Positions 20,763 through 30,525 are shown, numbered from the stretch's first letter. The stretch is 64,000 bases of DNA from a virus (IMGVR_UViG_3300029305_002995:47158-111157); one strand, 5' to 3'. Numbers and translations are program-made. Notes: generated by a model from the letters alone, not told the origin.

Positions 20763-21473
20763 ATGAGAAATCAAACTGACTTAAACAAAGTCAAAGATAT
20801 GGCTAATATATTCTCAAATATGGACGTTGTTGCTTCGGATTGTTCTTTTGTTGTACAGCATCCAATCTATGAATATCCCGTTGTGGCTGTGGGCTTTTCT
20901 GACTATGACAATGGGGTTCAGATAGTTAATATCTTAGAGAGCGAAGAAAACTTAAATAAAGCAAGGCAGGCTACACGAGAAACGATTGCTAAAGCAGAAG
21001 ATATTTTTTCTGTTTATTTTGTTATTCGCAAATCTTATCGTATGACCTTTTTAAAGTATATTCATAGTTATTTGTCTTTAGAAGATTTTAGCAAGTTGTT
21101 AAATTATGCTTGGATTTCTTCTGAGAATCCAAATACAGATGTTAATGTAAATATCCGTACTGTTTTATCATGGTTCAAAAAGGCTGATAAGAAACAGTTA
21201 ATGAATGAAGAAGATTATGAAGTTTACAATAATCTTCCAGAATATGTAACATTATATCGTGGTGTAGGTATTAAATCCAAAAGAAAAGGATTATCTTGGA
21301 CAGACGATATTGAGATTGCGAAATGGTTTGCAAATCGTTTTCAGTCTAATGGATATATTTTAACTGCTAAAGTGCATAAATCAAAAATTCTTGCATACTT
21401 TAGTGATAGAAACGAATCTGAATACATTGTTGATGTGTATAGTATTGATGTAGAACGATTGGAGGTGGAATAA
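20763..21473 (+). CDS. Putative ADP-ribosyltransferase-fold protein (R-S-E type)
   Basis: LYRG...LSWT..IEIA..FA...ESEYIV. Confidence 0.55.
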   Translation: MRNQTDLNKVKDMANIFSNMDVVASDCSFVVQHPIYEYPVVAVGFSDYDNGVQIVNILESEENLNKARQATRETIAKAEDIFSVYFVIRKSYRMTFLKYIHSYLSLEDFSKLLNYAWISSENPNTDVNVNIRTVLSWFKKADKKQLMNEEDYEVYNNLPEYVTLYRGVGIKSKRKGLSWTDDIEIAKWFANRFQSNGYILTAKVHKSKILAYFSDRNESEYIVDVYSIDVERLEVE

Positions 21474-21474
21474 A

Positions 21475-22257
21475 ATGAGTAATGCTGTGATGCCTATTGC
21501 TAATTCTAATAATATTGTGCCTTTAATGGTAGTCTGCGAAGAAGGAACAGGCAAGCGGAAAAAGAATGGCGAATTGAAAAAAACAAAAAGCAATAAAGTT
21601 GCAGGAAAAGATGCAGAAGTGTATGCTTTTCGTAGTGATAAAGAAATTAATGCTATGTTAGATGTATTGAATCAGCACATTTATACTGCACCTAATCCAG
21701 AGAAACGTAAGATTGCTTGTAGGAATAAACTGCTGTTTAAGATTGGTATTAATATCGGTTTAAGAGCAAGCGACCTTAGAACATTAAAGTTTAGTTTTTT
21801 CTTTGACCAGAATCCAGATGGAACTTTAGAATTTAAGGAATATTACAAATTGCTACCTAAAAAAACACAGGCTTATAAAAAGTACGTTACTGTATATTTT
21901 AACTCTGCTGTAAAGCAAGCTGTATTGGAATATCTTAATGAATATCCAATGGATAGTTTAGACGATTATTTGTTCTTCTCCCGTGAAGGTGGAGCAATTA
22001 AAGTTGAAACGATGTGGACTATCATTAAGTCAACTGCTAAAGAAGCAGGAATTAGGCAGAATATCGGCTCTCATTCATTAAGAAAATCTTTTGGTTATCA
22101 CGCTTTTCATTCGGCAGAAGATAAAAACAAAGCTTTAGTAATGTTACAGCAAATCTTTAACCATAGTAACGCTTTGGTTACTATGCGATATATCGGAATT
22201 TTAGGTGATGAAATGGCTGATATGTTTAATAGTATTGACTTAGGTTTTGAAGAATAG
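21475..22257 (+). CDS. Tyrosine recombinase/integrase
   Basis: GLRASDL, HSLRKSF, NHS...TMRYIG catalytic residues intact. Confidence 0.92.
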   Translation: MSNAVMPIANSNNIVPLMVVCEEGTGKRKKNGELKKTKSNKVAGKDAEVYAFRSDKEINAMLDVLNQHIYTAPNPEKRKIACRNKLLFKIGINIGLRASDLRTLKFSFFFDQNPDGTLEFKEYYKLLPKKTQAYKKYVTVYFNSAVKQAVLEYLNEYPMDSLDDYLFFSREGGAIKVETMWTIIKSTAKEAGIRQNIGSHSLRKSFGYHAFHSAEDKNKALVMLQQIFNHSNALVTMRYIGILGDEMADMFNSIDLGFEE

Positions 22258-22267
22258 AGGTGTTGCA

Positions 22268-22456
22268 ATGTTTGATTTGTGTGGCGTTTTTACCTTGTTG
22301 TTGGGTTTATATAGCTTTGTGGACGAATTGTTTACCGTTCCTATATCTAAATCAAAACACTTTGATACAGATGGATACATTAAAGATATTAAGAATGGTA
22401 TGACTTCTAAAGAACAATTCCATAAAAGGAGGTCTGGAAGATATTGGGTGGAATAA
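22268..22456 (+). CDS. Small hypothetical protein
   Basis: GAGGTG RBS. Confidence 0.5.
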   Translation: MFDLCGVFTLLLGLYSFVDELFTVPISKSKHFDTDGYIKDIKNGMTSKEQFHKRRSGRYWVE

Positions 22457-22608
22457 TTGAACACACTAAGAAAATAAATATTTCAATAAATTTCAGAAAA
22501 CCCCTTGACATAGCAAAATCATTATGCTATACTATAATCACAGGAAGAAAGTAAGTATTCCGATAAACAATAACAAACACAAAAGTAAATCAAAAGGAGA
22601 AATGAATT

Positions 22609-23979
22609 ATGTTGGAAAAAGCTACTATCCCTATGAACGCAAGTCAGATTAAAAAAATGGTACTCGCAGATAAACTTGATTTTAACCATGTTGTACAGCG
22701 TGGTTTGACTTGGGAAACTGCAAGAAAGTCCAAGTTTATCCATAGTATGATTGAGGGTTATCCATTCCCTTCTGTTTATGCAAAACGTGAAGTGTCCGAA
22801 GAAAACAAATCTAATAAACGATATATTGTTCTGGATGGCAAACAGCGTCTGACTACTGTTAAACAGTATTTGAATGATGAATTTAAACTGAGTGTCGTTG
22901 AACCTATCACTTATTTTGACGAGACTGTAAACGAAGAAGTTACAGTTGATATTTCTGGAAAACTGTTTAGCGAACTTCCAGAATCCTTGCAGAATGTTTT
23001 GAACACTGTTTCCTTTACTGTTGTTTATTATGACAATTTGACCAAAGAACAGGAACGTGAAATGTTTAAGAGACTTAATGCAGGTAAACCGCTGTCCTCT
23101 AAATCCAGACTGCTTGCTTCTTGTCGTGATATTGAACGTATGCTTGACATTGGTTCTCACCCACTGTTTGGCGAACTGCTGACTGACAAAGCAAGAGAGC
23201 ATAAGAGTCAGGTTACTATCGTTATGAAAGCATGGTTGATGCTGTATGACGATATTGGACACACTTCTTTTGCAGGTAAAGACTTTAGCAATGTAATGGA
23301 AACTACTGAAATTGCTGACAAACAGAAAATTGAACTGCACAATGTATTTAGTATGATTATGGATATGCACAATATTCTGATTGGACAGAAAGAAAAGAAA
23401 GTTGCTAAAAAACTTTACACTGAAACTCACATGATTTCCCTTGTACCATTTATTAAAAAAGCTATGGATGATGGTATTGGAGCAGAAATGCTTGTAGACT
23501 GGCTCATTAGCTTCTTTGGTGTATCTGGTCGTGTAGCAAGTGTAGATAGAGACTATAATATGTCTTGTTCTTCTGGTTCTGCCAAAAACTCTAATATCGT
23601 AACCAGACATGATGCACTTGAAAAAAGCTATGAAGAATTTTTCGCTGATTTTAATGCAGAAGTTGAAGGAACTGACGATGTAGAAGATATTGACGAAGTT
23701 GAAGAAGTAATGGAAGAAACTATTGAGAATGATACTGTTGAAGAAGAATCCTCTTTTGAGGATTCTTCCGACAACACCGAAGAATTTATTGAAGATTCTG
23801 TTGAAGAAGTGGTTAATGTTAATGAAAACTCAGAAGTAGTAAATGATATGACTCTTGAAGAAATTCTCGGAGATGTAACCATTGAAGGTGTAACTGATAC
23901 AGTCGAAGAACATGATATTGCCGAAGAATCAGTTGTAGAAATTAAAAGCGAAGTAAACAACGAAGAAACCGAAATGTAA
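22609..23979 (+). CDS. DUF262 (ParB/Srx-like) protein with long acidic tail
   Basis: QRGLTW, SMIEGYPFP, LDGKQRLTT, FKRLN; about 110-aa D/E-rich C-terminus. Confidence 0.8.
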   Translation: MLEKATIPMNASQIKKMVLADKLDFNHVVQRGLTWETARKSKFIHSMIEGYPFPSVYAKREVSEENKSNKRYIVLDGKQRLTTVKQYLNDEFKLSVVEPITYFDETVNEEVTVDISGKLFSELPESLQNVLNTVSFTVVYYDNLTKEQEREMFKRLNAGKPLSSKSRLLASCRDIERMLDIGSHPLFGELLTDKAREHKSQVTIVMKAWLMLYDDIGHTSFAGKDFSNVMETTEIADKQKIELHNVFSMIMDMHNILIGQKEKKVAKKLYTETHMISLVPFIKKAMDDGIGAEMLVDWLISFFGVSGRVASVDRDYNMSCSSGSAKNSNIVTRHDALEKSYEEFFADFNAEVEGTDDVEDIDEVEEVMEETIENDTVEEESSFEDSSDNTEEFIEDSVEEVVNVNENSEVVNDMTLEEILGDVTIEGVTDTVEEHDIAEESVVEIKSEVNNEETEM

Positions 23980-24153
23980 TATATAATCATGTCCAATAAA
24001 ATGGGTGGGAACTTTCCCACCCACAAACTTATTCAGAAAACAAATATATTGATAACCCTTCTTCTTATTTTATATTTCTTCTTGCCATGACAGTAAGGTT
24101 ATGCTATAATGTACATAAACAAAACCATAAACTGTTTTGAAAGGAGAAACACA

Positions 24154-25089
24154 ATGAAAAGCTATAAGGAATTTGCCGATTCTATTGCGGTAGAAGGTAC
24201 TGCAAGAGCTATTCGTGCTTTTGGTAAACGCATTGGTGATTTTAATTTTGAAACTTGTACGCAAAAAGACCTTGAAGAACTAATTATCAATGCCAGACCA
24301 CAGAACGAAAGAGAACTTGACCGCTTTGTATATTCGGTTGAATTGTATGCCAGATTTAACGAGGATGCTGAATTATTTAACAAAACGAAAACTATTGATA
24401 GAACTGCTTTGTGGCAAAGAGCCAAACACAATATTCCTGCTAAATTCTTATCTCACAAAGACTATTTGCAGTTATTAGAAGATATGGAACGTTTGGAAGA
24501 ATACAACGTTGATTATAAGGTTCTAATGATGAAAAGTGTTTATGAGGGTGTATATAATGATGATTTAAGCGTCATTAAGAATCTTAAAGCATCTGATATT
24601 AATGAAAATATCTTAACTCTTAGACCCGATAATGGAGAACCGTATGAATTGTCAGTATCTTTAAAATTGGCTAATGAATTAAAAGAATTTAGTAAGGTTC
24701 AGATTTTTGAACGTAAAAATTCTCGTTGTGAATTTACTGTTCCTGCTACTGGTGTGTCACATGATGCTTGCTTTAAATTTGAATTAAGAAAAGACAAACC
24801 ATTGGAAGAACTTTTTAGATTCTCTGTATATAGAGTATTGCGTGACGCTACCAAAAAGTATTGTGGTCGTAGTATTTTACCTTCGCAGATTTATATCAGC
24901 GGTATTGTATATCGTATTAAAATTAAACTGCAAGAAAAAGGATTAACTATGGAAGATGCTTTTGGTGATATGAGAACACACAAAGCTGCTTCTGATGTTG
25001 TTAAGGCAGAATTGGCTCGTAGTCATTACGATGTAACTTTCCACGCTTTCAAACATACTGTTAAAAGTCATTACAAAATCTTTGACTAA
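24154..25089 (+). CDS. Integrase-fold protein lacking catalytic motifs; MrpR(YopR)-like repressor
   Basis: YEGV...IKNLKASDI...LTL and LPSQIYISG segments; no HxxR or catalytic Tyr motif seen. Confidence 0.55.
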   Translation: MKSYKEFADSIAVEGTARAIRAFGKRIGDFNFETCTQKDLEELIINARPQNERELDRFVYSVELYARFNEDAELFNKTKTIDRTALWQRAKHNIPAKFLSHKDYLQLLEDMERLEEYNVDYKVLMMKSVYEGVYNDDLSVIKNLKASDINENILTLRPDNGEPYELSVSLKLANELKEFSKVQIFERKNSRCEFTVPATGVSHDACFKFELRKDKPLEELFRFSVYRVLRDATKKYCGRSILPSQIYISGIVYRIKIKLQEKGLTMEDAFGDMRTHKAASDVVKAELARSHYDVTFHAFKHTVKSHYKIFD

Positions 25090-25107
25090 AACATAAAGGT
25101 GGTCGCT

Positions 25108-25356
25108 ATGCCTAAGTCCTCTGACAAGAAATTAGAATATAATCGAGAGTATCGAAAACGTACAGGATATGCTTCACAGCATAAATACAATCAAGAGAAT
25201 ACTATTCCATTTTCTTTTCGTATGATGAAAAATACCGAACAAGATATTATTGATAAGTTAAATTCTGTACCAAGTAAAGCAGGATATATTAAGCAATTAA
25301 TTCGTGACGATATTGCAAAGGAAAAAATTACACAATTAAATAATGATGAACAATAG
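25108..25356 (+). CDS. Small RHH-like DNA-binding protein
   Basis: FSFRMM...DIIDKLNSVPSKAGYIKQLIRDDI. Confidence 0.6.
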   Translation: MPKSSDKKLEYNREYRKRTGYASQHKYNQENTIPFSFRMMKNTEQDIIDKLNSVPSKAGYIKQLIRDDIAKEKITQLNNDEQ

Positions 25357-25440
25357 TTGACATACCACATTTATGATGTTATTATTTTCATGTGACACAA
25401 ATTTTGCCATAGAAAACAATGTAGTAAAATAGAATAAATA

Positions 25441-25452
25441 GAACAAATGTTC
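25441..25452. promoter_or_regulatory. LexA (Cheo) box upstream of a promoter
   Basis: GAAC-AAAT-GTTC, followed by TTGTAA-17-TAGAAT. Confidence 0.7.
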
Positions 25453-25671
25453 TTTTTTATATTGTAAAATGTTTTAAACTATGGTAGAATACAATTACAA
25501 AATAAAATAACACATAAAAAAACTCCACGAAGCCCCGTCTCGCAAACGAACTTCATGGAGTACACAAGAAAGATTAACTTTGCATAAAATTATGTAAAGT
25601 TAAAGGAAAATATGTGCATTTATATAGTATCATATATTTTCCTTCTTGTAAAGAAAGAAAGGGAGATTTTT

Positions 25672-26043
25672 ATGACAAATCAAGAACGTTTATTAGCTTT
25701 AAACTATGTATTAGATGAACAGTTTAAAATTCTAAGAAATGTACTTTCACACATTACTTTCAAACAATTTAATGTAAGTGTGTATTTGAATAATAGTCAA
25801 AACATTCTTCTTGCCAGAATGAATGAACCCAATGCAATTAATATGGTACTAAATAAAGAAACTTTTAGTGTGGACGATACTGATATTTGGATTCGTAAAG
25901 CCAATGGTTCTCAGAGTTGTATATTACATATTCCCTACTCTACTATTGAGAATTGTATGGTTAGACGATATAGAGGAAATTATTACTCTATTTCTATGAC
26001 TTTACATAATGGTATCTATTATGAATTGGATGTGGAATTTTAA
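25672..26043 (+). CDS. Hypothetical protein, probably SOS-regulated
   Basis: GGGAG RBS downstream of the LexA box. Confidence 0.65.
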   Translation: MTNQERLLALNYVLDEQFKILRNVLSHITFKQFNVSVYLNNSQNILLARMNEPNAINMVLNKETFSVDDTDIWIRKANGSQSCILHIPYSTIENCMVRRYRGNYYSISMTLHNGIYYELDVEF

Positions 26044-26163
26044 GGTGCTGTAATGCACCTTAAATCTATTTTTAATATAGTAAGGTTGTAAATTGTCTTA
26101 TATCTAAAATTTCGATTTTAAGGTATTGTAGGCGGTCTGGAAAAGTTTCAAGGTGGTGAAATT

Positions 26164-26451
26164 ATGGCAACAATAAATGATTTAATGCAAGTGTATTCTG
26201 TTTCTGTAGAAATTTTCGATGGTATTAATCGACAGTTTAATCAGATGCAAGCTCCAAGACTTGTAATTCAAAATGACTTTTTATCATTGGTACAGCAAGC
26301 AGCTAATACACTTTCGCCTATTCGTATTATAATGAGTCGGTCTGTTCCTATTTGGGATAATTTTGAAAATCGACAACGTACTATTGAAAATAAAATAGTC
26401 TTTAAGAATAATGCGTTTTTGTCGGCTTATGCTAATTATCCAGATGAATAA
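26164..26451 (+). CDS. Hypothetical protein
   Basis: GGTGGTG RBS. Confidence 0.7.
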   Translation: MATINDLMQVYSVSVEIFDGINRQFNQMQAPRLVIQNDFLSLVQQAANTLSPIRIIMSRSVPIWDNFENRQRTIENKIVFKNNAFLSAYANYPDE

Positions 26452-26532
26452 ACAAGAAAATAACTCCAAAAATTAATTTGAAAAATTTCAAAAAAAGGTG
26501 TTGACAACATCAAAACGATGTGATATACTAAG

Positions 26533-26740
26533 GACAGTAAATCGAACAGATTTACTTCACAACTTTATTTCAGATAATAAGGTTATGAGTTCGGCATTAT
26601 TAACTCCTTTCGTATATTGTGTCAGTTTAATGGCAGTTGTAAAACAGGTAGTAAGTTTTAAATAATGGCAGGTTTAAAACACGATAAGTTAAACTGATAC
26701 AATAAACAATTATTAAGAAAATAAAGTTGTAATCTGTCTA
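26533..26740 (+). ncRNA. Rod-like structured ncRNA at the head of the tRNA operon
   Basis: Promoter 26501-26529; nested stems ACAACTTTATTT/AAATAAAGTTGT and ATTGTGTCAGTTTAA/TTAAACTGATACAAT. Confidence 0.55.
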
Positions 26741-26744
26741 ATAT

Positions 26745-26830
26745 GGTGGAGTGGTGGAATAGGCAGACACCACGGACTTAAAATCCGTTGCTTCAAAGGC
26801 GTGAGGGTTCAAATCCCTTCTCCACCACCA
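26745..26830 (+). tRNA. tRNA-Leu(TAA)
   Basis: Cloverleaf; ACGGA-CTTAAAA-TCCGT; long variable arm; CCA. Confidence 0.95.
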
Positions 26831-26950
26831 TAAGCGATAATCAAAAATGGCATGGTGAATAGTTTCGCTTTGTTGTTCAAACAATTATCTTATAGAAAAA
26901 TAAGACTGCGAATAAAAATGTGGCTCAACAGGTTATCGCTTATATTATAT

Positions 26951-27038
26951 GGGGAAATGGCTGAGTGGTTGAAAGCAGTTGCCTACTAAGCAACCAAGTG
27001 TAACAGCTTCGGGGGTTCGAATCCCTCTTTCCCCGCCA
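26951..27038 (+). tRNA. tRNA-Ser(ACT)
   Basis: GTTGC-CTACTAA-GCAAC; long variable arm; G73; CCA. Confidence 0.9.
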
Positions 27039-27187
27039 ACTATCAGATTAAATAATGTGGTCTGATGCGTGAAATGGTTTTTTGTTTGTTGTGCGACTTT
27101 GAAATCTCCTTTTCAAAAAATAATCTTCATAGGTGTTACCTGTTGATATAATGGGTTGGATGAATAAAGACGCCCTCCTTTTTAAAT

Positions 27188-27264
27188 GTGCCTTTAGCTC
27201 AGTTGGTCAGAGCGGCAAACTCATAATTTGCGGGTCTACAGTTCGAACCTGTAAAGGCGCACCA
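27188..27264 (+). tRNA. tRNA(CAT), elongator Met or Ile2
   Basis: GCAAA-CTCATAA-TTTGC; CCA. Confidence 0.9.
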
Positions 27265-27391
27265 TTGGAATATTAAATTCCAACTTTTTTCAAAGTGTTT
27301 TTTCTTCTAAAAAACATTTTAGTCTCCTAATCTTCTTTATTTTTTTATCCTATCTATTTTTTGCTTGTATTTAATAGTGCAAGCAAAATAT

Positions 27392-27465
27392 GTTCCGTTA
27401 GTTTAATGGTAAAAACAACTGCTTATCAATCAGTAGTGATGTTGGTTCGAGTCCAATGCGGAATA
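27392..27465 (+). tRNA. Degenerate tRNA-like element, anticodon ATC
   Basis: D and T arms present; mismatch in anticodon stem; no encoded CCA. Confidence 0.55.
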
Positions 27466-27865
27466 ATATCTTAAAGATAAGATGATACACAAAATCGTTT
27501 AGACTAACGAGGTTAGCTTGGTTAATAAGATTCTGACGAGAATTTGTTCCCAAGAAGTTTATCTTTAACTGCAAGATAAACAAGTCTGGAAGATTCATTA
27601 AAAGGACGTTTGGTTTATGCGTGTAGGTGTACAACTACAATAAACTATTTTCGGGCTTACGGAAAATTAAAATGACAGAGCCATTAGCATACAATGATTG
27701 CGAAAAGAACGCTGGTTTAGCAAGAAAACCACAGTATGTATCTTGCATTGATGATAATTTTGGGTGTGACACGATAAGTGTTTAGCAAGATTCAGAGCCT
27801 TGCTGATAATGGGAGTGTCAAAGTATCTGGACAGTGGAAGTAAAGATGCTAAGAGACAATAATAT
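27466..27865 (+). ncRNA. ~400-nt ORF-free structured RNA candidate
   Basis: Multiple hairpins between two tRNA-like elements. Confidence 0.4.
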
Positions 27866-27945
27866 GAGTAGATATGTAAGTGGTTGACATACAATCCTTT
27901 TATTTCGTTAAGCGGATTGCGTAGGTTCGAATCCTACTCTACTCG
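27866..27945 (+). ncRNA. tRNA-like RNA with expanded anticodon loop
   Basis: GAGTAGA/TCTACTC acceptor; GTAGG-TTCGAAT-CCTAC T arm; AATCC-16 nt-GGATT. Confidence 0.6.
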
Positions 27946-28156
27946 GTCGAATATAGATAGTCAGAGTGTACATAATGGCTATTTTGCAAGCGGAAAATTT
28001 TCAAAAAGACAATAAAATAGTTGTTTTATGTGATTTTTTGCAGTTTACGATTTTGCCCAAATTCACTTAGCAGTATCTATTATTGCTATTTCAAAATTAG
28101 TAATCTAAAAACGTTTGCAAACAGTGTCCCTGTTACTGCTACTACAGGGTGTACAA

Positions 28157-28240
28157 GGGGATATGTCGGAATTGGCAGACGAGGTAGACTCAAAATCTAT
28201 TGCTTTATGCGTGTGGGTTCAAGTCCCACTATCCCCACCA
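28157..28240 (+). tRNA. tRNA-Leu(CAA)
   Basis: GTAGA-CTCAAAA-TCTAT; CCA. Confidence 0.95.
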
Positions 28241-28404
28241 ATACGATAGGCTTACCAATTAGTCACCTCTCTTCTTTTTATGTTTTGTTGTGTTTTTTAT
28301 GGGTTTTGGCGTTATTGGTTTTTTGTTTTTCATTTTTCAGATTAATCTCCTTTTAAATATAATTTCTGCTTGTTTGATATATTTAATTGATAAGTCTATC
28401 GTAT
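28241..28404 (+). ncRNA. Stem-closed U-rich spacer RNA with two anti-SD motifs
   Basis: 14-bp stem 28241-28254/28391-28404; CACCTC and CTCCTTT in the loop. Confidence 0.55.
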
Positions 28405-28413
28405 TTATTATAT

Positions 28414-28490
28414 GCGGTATTAATGTTCAATGGTTAGCATATCAGCCTTCCAAGCTGAGAGTGAGGGTTCGAGTCCCTTATACCGCTCCA
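28414..28490 (+). tRNA. tRNA-Gly(TCC)
   Basis: TCAGC-CTTCCAA-GCTGA; CCA. Confidence 0.95.
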
Positions 28491-28775
28491 GATTCAATTT
28501 AGTTGAATTAACACGATGGTTATATCTTTAATCATGCGTAGTGTACTCGCAAGGGTACTGAGCCTGTCGAATCAGCAGGAGAAAAATTGGTTCATTATGC
28601 GCCCATTTAGTAAAACAACTGTGTGTTGTGTGATTGTTTTACTAAAATTAGCAAAAAGGTTAAGGGTTTTCCTTTTTGCAATCTTCGTTATAATAATTAC
28701 TGTTCCTTAAAAGTAATAACGTTATTATAAATGGATTAAGAAAACCCACTCCGTTTAAGGTGGTGAAATAAAAAA

Positions 28776-28966
28776 ATGGAACATAAGCATTTAGCTAAAG
28801 TAAGACCAATCGGAAAATTTTTGGTGTATGCGGTGGTTTAGGTGAATATTTTAATATCGACCCAACATGGATTAGATTAGGTTGGTGTGCTAGTGTGGTT
28901 CTGTGTGGTGTTGGTATTGTTGCTTATCTTGTAGCTGCATTGGTAATGCCAGAATGTGATAAATAA
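28776..28966 (+). pseudogene. pspC: PspC-domain protein with a 1-nt frameshift
   Basis: Adding one A at GCTAAAG gives MEHKHLAKSKTNRKIFGVCGGLGEYFNIDPTWIRL...LVMPECDK. Confidence 0.75.
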
Positions 28967-28990
28967 ATAGTGCAAGGTGGTAAGGTTATA

Positions 28991-29110
28991 ATGTTTAGTA
29001 AAGAACTTGTTGTAATGATGTTGGAAAGTCGTGCAGAAAAACTTTCTAAGAATCCAGACAATAATAAATTGCTTGCAAAAGTAAAACGTAGAATTAAAAA
29101 ATTAAAATAA
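28991..29110 (+). CDS. 39-aa basic peptide
   Basis: MFSKELVVMMLESRAEKL...KKLK; abuts the tRNA. Confidence 0.45.
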   Translation: MFSKELVVMMLESRAEKLSKNPDNNKLLAKVKRRIKKLK

Positions 29111-29194
29111 GTCGATATGCTGGAATTGGCAGACAAAACAGATTTAGAATCTGTTGCTTTATGCGTAAGGGTTCGAGTCCCTTTATCGACACCA
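29111..29194 (+). tRNA. tRNA-Leu(TAG)
   Basis: ACAGA-TTTAGAA-TCTGT; CCA. Confidence 0.93.
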
Positions 29195-29388
29195 TAATGT
29201 TGTCTTAATATATGCAAATAACATTAATATTAAAAAACAAAAGTCGTATCTTGTTCGGAAATAAAAATGTCAAATGCACACTTTTCTTTGTTCTATTAAG
29301 GCAATGTTAGGGTGGTTGTGGGGACTCCATCAGCACATAAATAAGTCCCTAAACAGAACATTTTATTATTTTAAGGAGGTAGATTCCG

Positions 29389-30525
29389 ATGGTGAAGAAA
29401 ATTATTTCTTCTATGGTAGCAATTGCAATGATGCTTTCTATGAGTATTTCTGCTTTTGCTACCGATACTGTTGTATTCGGTGGCAATTCTAAAGTTGTAA
29501 ACGATACTCCAGTATCTACAATTACTTTTGAAGATGTATACATCTTCGATAAAGAAATGAACGTAAAAACCAATGCCATTGTAAAAGGTGAAGCATACGA
29601 AAATCTTGTTGCAGGAGATATTCTGATGTTCCCTATGAATGGCGTACAGGCTGTCAATGGAGAATACAAAGTAGATAAGGATTGGAAAATTAAAGTTACC
29701 AATTCTCGCTTTGTAGAAAATGCAGAGTTCTTCTATGACGAAAAAAATGTTGTTCCAGATGCTACTGGTGACGTTTCTGGTTCTTATGTAAAAATTACCT
29801 TGTCTGATAATTTTAACTCTTATGAAGCTGACTATGCTACTTTTGAGTTCTTTGTTTATGACAAAAATGAACCAGAACAGAAAACCGCTATTCAGTCTGT
29901 AAAATATAAATTTGCAGATTACGCAGAAGTAGAACTGGACGAGTTCGATGTAAATACTATTGTTTCTTTGGAAAAAAATACTGTTTACACTCTTGCTGAT
30001 GGCGTAAAATCCGCTAATGTTATGTTTGATATGGATGGTTTGAATATTGTTGTTCGTATGTATGAAGATGAAGAATATCTTGTAAAAGAACATTCTGTTG
30101 AATACAATAAAGAACTGTCTATCAAATATGACACTGATATTGAAGTGATTACCATTGATAGCAACATTGATATTTATGATATTCTATTTGAATCTAAAAA
30201 AGACGACAAAGCTATTTATGTAGTAGATGGTGATGAACTTGTTCTTGTAGAAACAGAATACGTTGAAAAATACGAATTGAATAAAGGCGAATATACCTTG
30301 ATTAAAGGTTATGTTGTAGAGAATGTAACTGATGCAGAATGGGTGGTTCTGGATGCAGATGTAGAAATTGCAGTTAAAGAACCAGAGGTAGAAAAACCAG
30401 TTGAAACTCCTTCTGTTGATGTGAAACCAAATCCAGAAACTGGTGCTGGCAATGTAGTTAGTGTAGCTACTGCTATGGCTGTTATGTCTGTAATTGGTTT
30501 AGGCGTACTATCCTCTAAAAGATAG
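29389..30525 (+). CDS. Secreted, sortase-anchored (NPETG) surface protein
   Basis: N-terminal signal peptide ending AFA; C-terminal NPETG, hydrophobic helix and KR tail. Confidence 0.8.
   Translation: MVKKIISSMVAIAMMLSMSISAFATDTVVFGGNSKVVNDTPVSTITFEDVYIFDKEMNVKTNAIVKGEAYENLVAGDILMFPMNGVQAVNGEYKVDKDWKIKVTNSRFVENAEFFYDEKNVVPDATGDVSGSYVKITLSDNFNSYEADYATFEFFVYDKNEPEQKTAIQSVKYKFADYAEVELDEFDVNTIVSLEKNTVYTLADGVKSANVMFDMDGLNIVVRMYEDEEYLVKEHSVEYNKELSIKYDTDIEVITIDSNIDIYDILFESKKDDKAIYVVDGDELVLVETEYVEKYELNKGEYTLIKGYVVENVTDAEWVVLDADVEIAVKEPEVEKPVETPSVDVKPNPETGAGNVVSVATAMAVMSVIGLGVLSSKR

Noticed and set aside
22522-23610. 362-aa minus-strand ORF, and similar shadows such as 29371-30093, 46060-46464 and 48978-49382
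   Set aside because: Antisense to well-supported genes; no RBS or recognisable motifs.
26745-29194. Suppressor tRNAs or stop-codon reassignment
   Set aside because: Anticodons TAA and TAG read the Leu codons TTA and CTA. Long genes are intact in the standard code; breaks are explained by introns or one frameshift.
27398-29217. ORF-track proteins across the tRNA cluster
   Set aside because: They overlap tRNAs or structured RNA and have low-complexity translations.
29240-29370. Riboswitch upstream of the surface protein
   Set aside because: Hairpins are present, but I could not match any known aptamer consensus.
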